A stretch of 48,174 nt of DNA, filler included, from Stramenopiles sp. TOSAG23-2 (lineage: Eukaryota), in NCBI GenBank assembly GCA_900128395.1. It is 2 parts of 2 records of this genome, joined end to end, with 100 filler letters (N's around TTAATTAATTAA, not from the genome) between each part and the next. Parts side by side here need not be neighbours in the genome. Positions count along the whole stretch, not along the records: positions 24,151 to 48,174 come from LT649473.1; 1 more part is not named here. One strand, written 5' to 3'. The first letter of the stretch is position 1, and every line of letters starts with the position of its first letter. The position numbers were made by a program, and so were the translations under genes. This document shows, piece after piece, positions 33,351-42,475 of this stretch. The notes under the pieces are model-generated. The model ran no database searches, was not told the origin of the DNA, and saw nothing but the letters and a program-made list of their open reading frames with translations.

Positions 33351-33365
33351 TTTAGCGCGCGAATT
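33351..33365. promoter_or_regulatory. Putative E2F-type binding site upstream of the Rb homolog
   Basis: TTTAGCGCGCGAATT. The reverse strand reads ATTCGCGC, matching the WTTSSCSS E2F consensus; it lies about 315 bp upstream of the ATG in very AT-rich DNA. Confidence 0.4.
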
Positions 33366-33678
33366 AAAATATACTTGGAAAACATATATGTAAAATAGAT
33401 GAGGAGAAGTAGATATCAATTGTATCGTTTGTAGCCAAAGGTAACAAACTGTTAGCTCATTTATAAATTCAAAGGAACACAATTAATATTATTTTAGAAA
33501 GGAAATATATTTCATTAATTACTGCTTTAATTGTGCAATACATACATACATATATATATAGAGTATATATTATATAATTTATGATCAAATACCTACTAGT
33601 ATAATTATAGTAGTAATAATAACATATACATATAATATAAAACATATATATATATATATTATCAATAGCAACACCAAT

Positions 33679-36600
33679 ATGAAGAAGAAAAATAGTAAGC
33701 AAACTGCAAGCAGTGGTTTGAATACGTTGATGACAACACAAATGCTGGCAGAGATCAAAGGTTACAAAATAACAAAAGAACAGATAGAAGTAGTTGAGCC
33801 AATATATCAAAAAGTTTCAGAGATATTAAATCTTGATGTACAAACACAAAAAAGAGGTATGGTGGTTTTATATAAAATATTATCAATGAACATAAGGGCA
33901 TTGAAAGATACATTTATACAAGATCAGTTGGAACGATTACAACAAACGCCGGAAACTCAGCAGCAGGTTGTGAATAGTAGTAGCAGTAGCAGTAGTACCA
34001 ACAGCAGTACTACCAACCATAATATAAATATTACATTAGGAAGAAGTGGGGAAAGCAACAAAATTTATCATAGGAAATATAGAAAAAATTATCGACCAAC
34101 CTCTATGTCAACTTCGTCCATGATTGACCTTTCATCTTTACAAAAAACGATGTATGTAGATGGCTCGACATCAAATGATTTAGATAATAATGCAGGAAAT
34201 GTGCAAATATCATTGACAGCATCACAATCTAACAGGAAAAGGAAGAAGAGCAATATAAATAGTCAAGATGAAGTAACATTTAATAGCGATGATCCAAATC
34301 TTAGATTGCTGAAATATGAAAGTTTAATGTGGTCAGCATGTGCATTATTCATCTCACATACACAAGATGAAGAAAATGGTTTGGAATGGAATCGCATCAA
34401 CGTATCGCAATTATTATCTGGTTGTCGTTTGCGCATCATGGCTTTCTTTGATAACATGGCGTTGATACAAAATCACGAGAAGAAGAAGATTTTAAATCTA
34501 TCACCAAATTTTAATGAAACAATGCAACAATTAAAAAGTGTTGTATTGACTAATACATTGTTGTACAGAAAATTCACTTCATTATGGTTAGTAAGAGATA
34601 CGATTGCTTCAGAAAATGTTGTATCAAAACGTGGTAAAAAAGCAGTAGAGACACAGTTAATTTATTTTAGCTGGACACTATTTTTATTGATTAAAACACG
34701 TATTAATGGCGTAGAACCAAATTTAGTGGATAACTATCGTTTATTGATTGCATGTGTTATCTTGACGATTGAAGGCCATAGTGCGCATCAAGCAAAAGCT
34801 TTGGCAGAACGTCGAGAGAAACAAAGTGGAACAATGGCACCATCTCCTGAATTACGAAATGAAAAAGCACAGGTGAAACGGAAAGAAGCAGAAGTCGTTG
34901 CTGCATTATTAATGAGTGGCGGTCTAGGGCAAACAAGCCCAGAAACTAGCGGAAAAGTCAGCCCCCCTGCATTGACGGCTGCGATGAAAATGAAAATTGC
35001 CGGTTGCAACAATTCAGGGGATATATTGAAACTTTTTGTTGAACAAATCGGAACAGTTGAATTTGAAGATATTTTAACTTCAGTAAAACAAGTGGAAAGC
35101 TTTGTTGCTGATTTATTATCCAATAAATTAATCTCATCCACACCATCTCCAGATGCTATATCAGGAAGTATAGTTTCTAAAAATTTTCAAGGTTTATTAG
35201 GTAAAGAATTAGCAATTAACACGTATAACATGAAAGAAGAATATGGTAAAAATTTAGTCTCGATGTGGAATTTGGACGAATTGGTATTGTTAAAGGCAGA
35301 TGCATTTGATTTTATCGGTACACCAATAAAATTATCATCCAATCGTCGACCACGTTTTAATTCCACAAATTCGACTAAACACTTATTTCAAAATCGTAGT
35401 AGCTTTGATATTACAAAATTAAATGGAAACAATAACAATACCAAGGCACCCAACGGTAGTGGTGGCGATGGTAGCGGAGGAGGAGGAGGAGGAGGAGGGA
35501 ATATGGATGGACGTAATAAAAAACAAATTACAACTGCTGTGAAAACTGGGATGTTGGTGCATCAAGTACGTGGTGTACGCTCTCCCCAACGATCTCCCGG
35601 CTTCGAAGATTATGTTGCTGCTACACCAATTACAGAGGCATTTCAATATAATTCATGGTTGCAACAAAAAATTAAGAAAAGCAAAATTGGTCCAACAAGT
35701 ATGACACAAAAATGTTTTGATCAATGTGAAAAATCGCCATTAAAATTTATGGAAGATTTGCTAAATCAATCCATTTCTAATATATCCACTATAATAACAC
35801 AACCGCGTCGAAGTGGAATTTTTAATCTAAATGACGACAGCAATAACTCCATTAATTCAATAGCACAACCACCACGTAGTCGTTTGAATTCCTCCAAGAA
35901 AGATGGATCACCATTTACTATTGGATCTAGAACTGGTGCATTTGCACGATTGGAAAATACTGTAAAAAAACGATTATCTCCAGAACATCATACTACTAAT
36001 GATAATAGTTCCCATAATAATAATGGCACTGCTACTAATATAAGTAGTACTTCGGTAGGAAATTCATCGCCGCCAATGAATGGTAATAATAGTCCCAGAT
36101 TACGGTTGCGTTTCAATGCAGCATTAGAATCTAGTGTAAAATTATACTGGAGGGTATTAAATGCATTGTTAATAAACTTAAGTAAGAAACCGAATAGCGT
36201 TGATAGTATTAATAAATTATTATGGAAGGAAGATTTTCATAAGTGTTTATTTGCACTTTCCGTAGAAGTTATTTTAATCGCAAAGAGTATAACAAAAGCA
36301 ATTTTTCCAAAAGTTATTAAAGTCTTAAACATTCACCCAGCTGAATTAATTAAAACGATTGAACATTTTGTACGTGGGGAACAATCATTACCCGCGCAGT
36401 TGCGGAGGCATTTACGATGGTGCGAAGAACAGATTTTGATGAAATATGCATGGGAAACAAATTCATTGATGTTGAAAAAAATTATGGAACATCGCCAGCA
36501 ATTAATTGTAATAGAACAGCAACCACAAGCGCAACCTAATAATGCTGCACGTCGAAGAAAAGAATTGTCCTATACGGTGGATAAATTTTTAGAAAAAGTT

Positions 36601-37575
36601 GTAGAGATTGCAGCAAAACGTGTGCGTGACCTGTGTGAAAAGTTACATTTACCAGGGCAAATAGTAGATCAAGCGTGGACGGTAGTCCGTCATGCTATAT
36701 TAGTTAAATTTGAATTGATACAAGATCGGCATATTTACCATATTATAATAGCAGGTATTTATGGAATATGCAAAGTGAATCAAATTAAAATGACATTTCA
36801 ACTTATTATTGAAAAATACCATGAACTGGAAGAGCTTTACTCACCCGCAGTTATTACAAGTGGTGATAAAAAAGCTGTTCGTGATAAGATAATACATAAA
36901 ATTAAAATAAATACAAACGATGAAGTTGACCCACAAACAGGCGCTAATGTGTCATATGTTCAAGGTAATATTATTGAATATTACAACAAATTGTTTGTAC
37001 AAAGTATGAAAACGTTTCTTCTTAAATTTAAAAAAAATGAAACAACAGGGAAAATATTGGCTGTGCCAGAACAAACTTCCCGTACCATAAACAAACCTGA
37101 AATGTGGGGCACGCAAATTTTTGTATCTTCAACTAGAAAATCACATGTCGGTAGTAAAAGTGATCGTCGTGCTGTTTCAAGCACTGAAAATGTGTATAAA
37201 AATAGTAATACTTCTATTGTTAACAATACGAATGGTAGTGGTGGCGGTGGTGGCGGTGGCGATGACGCTTATAAAGGCTTGCCAGGCGTTGATCAAACAC
37301 CACGAACTGCGGCATTATATGCTAAAAAAGAAAATGCAACATTAAATCGTATAAATGAATTTGTCAATCGTAGAACACCATTACATTTTGATGATGATGG
37401 TGATATTACGATGGTTCCAATAAACCAAACACATGGTAACAACAACAATAACAACGAAAAGAAACGTAAGACCATGAGTGGGGGAAAAGAAGGAGAAGAG
37501 GCGAATAATAATAATAATAATGATAATAATACTGCCAGAAAAAGAATTAAACTAACAACAGAAGTATTGCTGTAA
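33679..37575 (+). CDS. RBR: Retinoblastoma-family pocket protein (RBR/Rb-like)
   Basis: Pocket A: ATPITEA..WLQ, KLYWRVL, EDFHKCLFALSVEVIL, IKTIEHFVR..LPAQLRRHLRWCEEQIL..AW. Pocket B: RVRDLCEKL, LIQDRHIYHIIIAGIYGICKV, IIEYYNKLFV. Many S/T-P CDK sites and a bipartite basic C-terminus. Confidence 0.93.
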   Translation: MKKKNSKQTASSGLNTLMTTQMLAEIKGYKITKEQIEVVEPIYQKVSEILNLDVQTQKRGMVVLYKILSMNIRALKDTFIQDQLERLQQTPETQQQVVNSSSSSSSTNSSTTNHNINITLGRSGESNKIYHRKYRKNYRPTSMSTSSMIDLSSLQKTMYVDGSTSNDLDNNAGNVQISLTASQSNRKRKKSNINSQDEVTFNSDDPNLRLLKYESLMWSACALFISHTQDEENGLEWNRINVSQLLSGCRLRIMAFFDNMALIQNHEKKKILNLSPNFNETMQQLKSVVLTNTLLYRKFTSLWLVRDTIASENVVSKRGKKAVETQLIYFSWTLFLLIKTRINGVEPNLVDNYRLLIACVILTIEGHSAHQAKALAERREKQSGTMAPSPELRNEKAQVKRKEAEVVAALLMSGGLGQTSPETSGKVSPPALTAAMKMKIAGCNNSGDILKLFVEQIGTVEFEDILTSVKQVESFVADLLSNKLISSTPSPDAISGSIVSKNFQGLLGKELAINTYNMKEEYGKNLVSMWNLDELVLLKADAFDFIGTPIKLSSNRRPRFNSTNSTKHLFQNRSSFDITKLNGNNNNTKAPNGSGGDGSGGGGGGGGNMDGRNKKQITTAVKTGMLVHQVRGVRSPQRSPGFEDYVAATPITEAFQYNSWLQQKIKKSKIGPTSMTQKCFDQCEKSPLKFMEDLLNQSISNISTIITQPRRSGIFNLNDDSNNSINSIAQPPRSRLNSSKKDGSPFTIGSRTGAFARLENTVKKRLSPEHHTTNDNSSHNNNGTATNISSTSVGNSSPPMNGNNSPRLRLRFNAALESSVKLYWRVLNALLINLSKKPNSVDSINKLLWKEDFHKCLFALSVEVILIAKSITKAIFPKVIKVLNIHPAELIKTIEHFVRGEQSLPAQLRRHLRWCEEQILMKYAWETNSLMLKKIMEHRQQLIVIEQQPQAQPNNAARRRKELSYTVDKFLEKVVEIAAKRVRDLCEKLHLPGQIVDQAWTVVRHAILVKFELIQDRHIYHIIIAGIYGICKVNQIKMTFQLIIEKYHELEELYSPAVITSGDKKAVRDKIIHKIKINTNDEVDPQTGANVSYVQGNIIEYYNKLFVQSMKTFLLKFKKNETTGKILAVPEQTSRTINKPEMWGTQIFVSSTRKSHVGSKSDRRAVSSTENVYKNSNTSIVNNTNGSGGGGGGGDDAYKGLPGVDQTPRTAALYAKKENATLNRINEFVNRRTPLHFDDDGDITMVPINQTHGNNNNNNEKKRKTMSGGKEGEEANNNNNNDNNTARKRIKLTTEVLL

Positions 37576-37923
37576 AGAAACAGCAGTGTATGATGCAGAT
37601 TAAAATTTTAGAAAAGAAGAGGGGGAGATTTTAAATTAACTTTATATAATTTTAACTTTATATAATATTTAAGTATTAATAACGAAGTTCGCATTCTATT
37701 TAAAAAAAAATGTATAAAAAAATGTATGATATTTATCATCATCAATACAAAAAACCATTATTAATATTATTAATACCAGAATAACATATTATAGGGTTTA
37801 TAGTTAATATTATTTTTCAAAATATGTATAGTATAGTACAAATGAAAAAAATAAATGTCTATACAAAGAAGCTCAAATATAAATATATATAATATATATA
37901 TAAAAAATTAAGATAAAGAAAAG

Positions 37924-38484
37924 ATGGAACAATTGAAAATTGAATGGACGGTCATCAATTCTAAATTGGTAAAATATATGACATCTCTTGTAAATAAAAG
38001 AATTGAAAAAGCATATATTAAATTACCAAGTAAAACATTTAATGATAAATATAATAATGTTGGAAATATTAACTCCGATATGATGTCTTTAACGGAGGAG
38101 GAATTAATATTTAATAAAATACAAAATGAAGAAGTGATTGAATACGATAAAATTTCAAACGTCTTAAGGGACTTAAAGGAATGCCATGATAAAATAAATA
38201 TATATGGAAAAAAGAAAATAGAAGAATTAAATAATAAATATAATAATAAAGACACACATAATGGTGATGATAATAATAATAATATTAATAATAACAAGCT
38301 CACATATAAGTATAATATTAGGCAACTGGAAGAAATATTATCAAATTACAATCAAGAAATGAAAGTCAAAGAACGTATTGTTGATGATATCAATTGTCAA
38401 GCAAAGCGGGAAATTTTATTGGCATATACAGCAACAATATTAATGGAGCCATATTTGACTCAAAACACAACATCTTTGTATTAA
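37924..38484 (+). CDS. CINP-like (CDK2-interacting protein) helical protein
   Basis: C-terminal ILSNYNQEMKVKERIVDDI...REILLAYTATILMEPYL resembles the CINP C-terminal signature (YxxELxxKxxV...YxxxWxxxPY). The start is uncertain. Confidence 0.55.
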   Translation: MEQLKIEWTVINSKLVKYMTSLVNKRIEKAYIKLPSKTFNDKYNNVGNINSDMMSLTEEELIFNKIQNEEVIEYDKISNVLRDLKECHDKINIYGKKKIEELNNKYNNKDTHNGDDNNNNINNNKLTYKYNIRQLEEILSNYNQEMKVKERIVDDINCQAKREILLAYTATILMEPYLTQNTTSLY

Positions 38485-38759
38485 GAGATATATATCATAT
38501 ATTATATTTTAAATAAAATGTGGATTAGACTATCATATTAATATTATATTTGAAAATATATACGGTATACGTATATATATAATATATATATTATTTTTTT
38601 ATTTACTGGTGTTTTCAACATAAAATATAAAATATAATTTATTTTTTATTTACTCATTATAATTCCTACTCTTCAAAAGAATAAAATAATGGTGTTTTCT
38701 ATATGCATTAGTTTTTTATTTTAAAATCTCTCTCTCTTTTACTTTTCTTATCTCACACT

Positions 38760-39749
38760 TTAAAATTGTTTTGGAAAAATTCTCATGACAAAAAACAATC
38801 CAACAACAGCAAGTACGGAAAAGATTAATATGGAACATTGTAATTTCAATACATCCCACGTAGCATTCAAACTAGCAGTTGTTTTCTTATTTAATATATC
38901 TGTTTTGTCTACCATTTTTTCCATATTTTTTTGAAAATCATCCATAACCTTGTTTGATGTTGATACTTTATTTTTTGTATTTAATGTTGCTTCTTTCAAT
39001 GCTTTAGCAGTTGCTAATATTTCCTCAATTTGCCTATCACGTTCTTCTTGTGCCATGTTATCATTGTAGCTTGCTGGATTCAATTCTTCTGAATCTAAAT
39101 TTAATTCTTTACGAAATTTAACAAGTTCATTCAATGCATTGATATTTTTATTTCTTTCCATCATTTTTCTACGTTGTTTTTTACTCTGTTCAAGATCCAT
39201 TGCTGATTTCGCTTCAAATTTAACTGATGCTAATCGATTTAAAAATCGTTTTTTTTTCTTGTGTACAGTTTTATTATTGTTATTTATTATTTTCGGCATC
39301 AATTCAACAGTTTCATCGAATTGATCTTCTTCACCTTCATCAGATTCTTCTTCACCTGAATTTGATAAATCTAAATTGTTTGATAGTTGTTCTTTTCCTA
39401 CATTATTATTATTGTTAGTGTCGTTATTATTATTATTATTAATCAATTTGGAAAAATTTACTGATATTTTACTATATTTCGACTTTAAATCTCTTATATC
39501 ATTTTCAAATGCAAACTTTTCATCTGGTGTTGCTTTCTCTCCCATAATTTTTAATCGTTTTTCAATTACATTAATCATTAGCGATGCTTGTTTTAATTGT
39601 TTTTTAAATTCAATATTTTTTTTATCACTCACTTGAACAATGTTATTATTTTTATTATCATATTCATTTATTTTATTTAATAATCGAAATGTATTGATTT
39701 TCAATCTATCAATTGGTATCATGCGATATGCATTTTCAAAGCGATCCAT
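38760..39749 (-). CDS. USE1: USE1-like Qc-SNARE (ER retrograde transport)
   Basis: N-terminal RLKINTFRLL, SNARE-like coil QIEEILATAKALKE...MDDFQKNMEK, and a single C-terminal TM ending FFVMRIFPK, as in USE1 proteins. Confidence 0.7.
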   Translation of the reverse strand: MDRFENAYRMIPIDRLKINTFRLLNKINEYDNKNNNIVQVSDKKNIEFKKQLKQASLMINVIEKRLKIMGEKATPDEKFAFENDIRDLKSKYSKISVNFSKLINNNNNNDTNNNNNVGKEQLSNNLDLSNSGEEESDEGEEDQFDETVELMPKIINNNNKTVHKKKKRFLNRLASVKFEAKSAMDLEQSKKQRRKMMERNKNINALNELVKFRKELNLDSEELNPASYNDNMAQEERDRQIEEILATAKALKEATLNTKNKVSTSNKVMDDFQKNMEKMVDKTDILNKKTTASLNATWDVLKLQCSILIFSVLAVVGLFFVMRIFPKQF

Positions 39750-39912
39750 ATTGTATGTAGGTATTGTTATTCTCTAACGAATATCATTACACATGTACAA
39801 AAAACTGTTTATATATATGTATGTATATGCAAAACTATATCTGAAATAATTGAAATACATTTTATAATTTATATTATTACAATATAAATTATTATTATGT
39901 ATATAATATATA

Positions 39913-40217
39913 TATTGTTGGTTTCCGAAAACGACAAACTTTTTTTAAAATCAGGTCCATTTTTTTAAAAATAAAAATTAATAAAAAGAAGAATAAACTA
40001 AAAATAATGTATAAACATACAGTAGTAGTCTAAAAAGTCGTTCAAGTATAAAAAGTGAAAGTAGTCCTTTTTTCTTTTCCGTCAAAGTTACATTGTTATA
40101 TATTAAAATTGATATATGTAAAATTGATCGTAAGTGATAGGCATAAATTTGTATAACACACAGTGGACCTTATTTTAAAAAAAGTTTGTCGCATCGTCGT
40201 TTTGGAAACCAACAATA
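39913..40217. mobile_element. MITE-like element with ~47-bp terminal inverted repeats and TA flanks
   Basis: Left arm 39913-39960 TATTGTTGGTTTCCGAAAACGACAAACTTTTTTTAAAATCAGGTCCA is the reverse complement of right arm 40164-40217 TGGACCTTATTTTAAAAAAAGTTTGTCG[CATCGTCG]TTTTGGAAACCAACAATA, apart from an 8-bp insertion, a 1-bp indel and one substitution. The ~200-bp interior is non-coding. Confidence 0.65.
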
Positions 40218-40409
40218 CATTTTAAAGTGATATTATAATAAATAGTAGTAGTAGTAGATAGAAGAGTATATAGGTACATACATGTATGTTAAGCTTAATA
40301 TATACATTCAGAATATAGTCTACCAGTAAATGTTAATATTATAAAATATAAATATTGATATAGATGTATATATATATATATATTATAATTAAATTAATAG
40401 GTGATAAAT

Positions 40410-40724
40410 ATGACAGAAGAAAATAATAACGACAATAATGATGTTTTAAAACAAAAATTTGATGTTGCAGTGGAAGAAGTCAAAACGGCAGGGGAATGGA
40501 GCAAAGCAATTACCAATGACAGAAAATTACTTTGCTATGCATTTTTTAAACAAGTTAATAATGGGGATGTGACAGGGACGCAACCATGGGCTGTACAATT
40601 CGAAGCACGATCTAAATGGGATGCGTGGAATAAAATCAAAGGTGTTTCAAAAGAAAAGGCTATGGAAGAATATGTAAAAGAATGGGAACAACAGAAAATT
40701 GACTTTAATATGCCAAAAGAATGA
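40410..40724 (+). CDS. ACBP: Acyl-CoA-binding protein (ACBP/DBI family)
   Basis: FDVAVEEVK...KLLCYAFFKQVNNGDVTGTQPWAVQFEARSKWDAWNKIKGVSKEKAMEEYV. The first ATG is at 40410. Confidence 0.95.
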   Translation: MTEENNNDNNDVLKQKFDVAVEEVKTAGEWSKAITNDRKLLCYAFFKQVNNGDVTGTQPWAVQFEARSKWDAWNKIKGVSKEKAMEEYVKEWEQQKIDFNMPKE

Positions 40725-40872
40725 AACTTTTAATTGATATATTTAGATACGAGTAAATATATATATATCAATATGCATATAAGGTGGTGAAAACATGTGT
40801 TATATTTATATATATTTCATATCATAATGTGAAATTACAAACACACTCACATACACACACACACTTCAATCT

Positions 40873-41904
40873 TCAATTAGTTGCTACAGCAACAATTGCA
40901 CCTGCTGTACCACCAAGACCAGCTGCAACAGCATATTTACCTTTGCTTTTTAACTTTTGCTCATCTTGCTCCGTTGTTTGCGTGTTATTGTTATTACCAA
41001 CGTCATCAAAAATTTTATTCATATCAATACCATATTCATTTTCTAATTCTCTAACTTCGGATAATTGTCCTAAAAAATGTCTTAATACTTGCTCTGGATA
41101 TGGGTTTACAACAGGAAAACATGTTGTAAACATATCTTTATCCCATTCTTCTTCGATGATTAATTTAAATTCATATGTCCATCTACACATTTGTGTTATA
41201 AAAACATTTCGAAGCAAACCATTTTTAGCAATACTGTATATGTGGAGCGTATATAGCGTATACATGAGGAGTGATTATTTGTTAGAGAGGTTATCTTTTT
41301 TTTTTAGGTTTATTATCGATGATAGTGAAATAGAATTTTACTTACCATGGAAAACGTTTTTTATATTTATCTTTATCTCCTCTAACTGATAATGATTGTC
41401 CATATTGTTGTATCAATTTTGATGCCGGCAATGCAAATTCATAAACCAAAACTCTCATACATTGACGATACCGTTTTGAAAATTCTATATCTGGATTTTC
41501 TTTCATAATCTTTTCGATTTCTTCGCCAACAAACGTCCATGATTTATTATATTCACCTTTCCCATAACTACCCCATTTTGATTTAACTTCTTTCCATCTT
41601 TTCCATTCTTCAGGATAGATTTTTTCTGCGTAATCATAAAAATATCCTTTATGTGTAACTAAATTAAAACAAAGCTGACTACATGGTGCTAGAAACAACA
41701 TTAATTTCTCATTGATTTTTTTCAATTTTAATTCACGTATATGCATCGCTTGTCTCTTTAATTCTTCTTCTTTTTTTCTTTTGATTTCAACCTCCCTTGA
41801 ACATAATAGCCTACCACACCAATAACTGCAGATAAAAAAATTAAAATCCCTTGTACGATTAATCCAATATCAGATGCATTCCTTGTTGTGGATAGTTCAG
41901 TCAT
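40873..41904 (-). CDS. Hypothetical membrane-anchored protein; 2 exons (41904-41346, 41233-40873) with an apparent 1-nt frameshift near 41775
   Basis: ATG 41904 opens MTELSTTRNASDIGLIVQGILIFLSAVIGVVGYYVQGRL (signal anchor), which is 158 nt (1 nt short of frame) from ORF 41746. Intron 41345-41234 (GTAAGT...CAG) joins RFP-C-IAKNGLLRN. Confidence 0.6.
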
Positions 41905-42475
41905 CTTCTAGATATATATAAAGTCAAATTGAATATTTTAAAGTCTTACAAGCCTCTCTCAGCTTTTAATGATATATTTTTAAACATAAACAATCAATAT
42001 TCCAATGTACATATATATATATACACTGTCTACGTTATATTTCAATTTTCAATCCAATTATATATTATTACCTTAACCTGGTATTATGCCAACGGTGTTA
42101 TTTACATACTGTGTCCTTTTAATTATTCTAGGAATTATACACCTAACAAAATTTATGTATACTAAAACCGTAGTAAAAAAAACAACCAAACCGTTATAAT
42201 TATTCATATTGCTGGGCACCTGCCTGGATTGGTTGATAATAATATTATTGTTGGAAAAAAAGAAGAGCGAGATGATGATGTGTAAAGAATAATTATTCCT
42301 TTCTTTATGATTCAACTTGTCATATCATTCGATGTATGAACAATTATCGTTTCTTCCTTCTACCTTTTTTCATCGTTGTATCTTTATTATTAATGTTAAC
42401 ATCGTTTTGTTGTAATAATAATAATAGAATTATCCTGAAGTAGTTTAAAAAATACAGAAATTAGTTTTTTATAAG

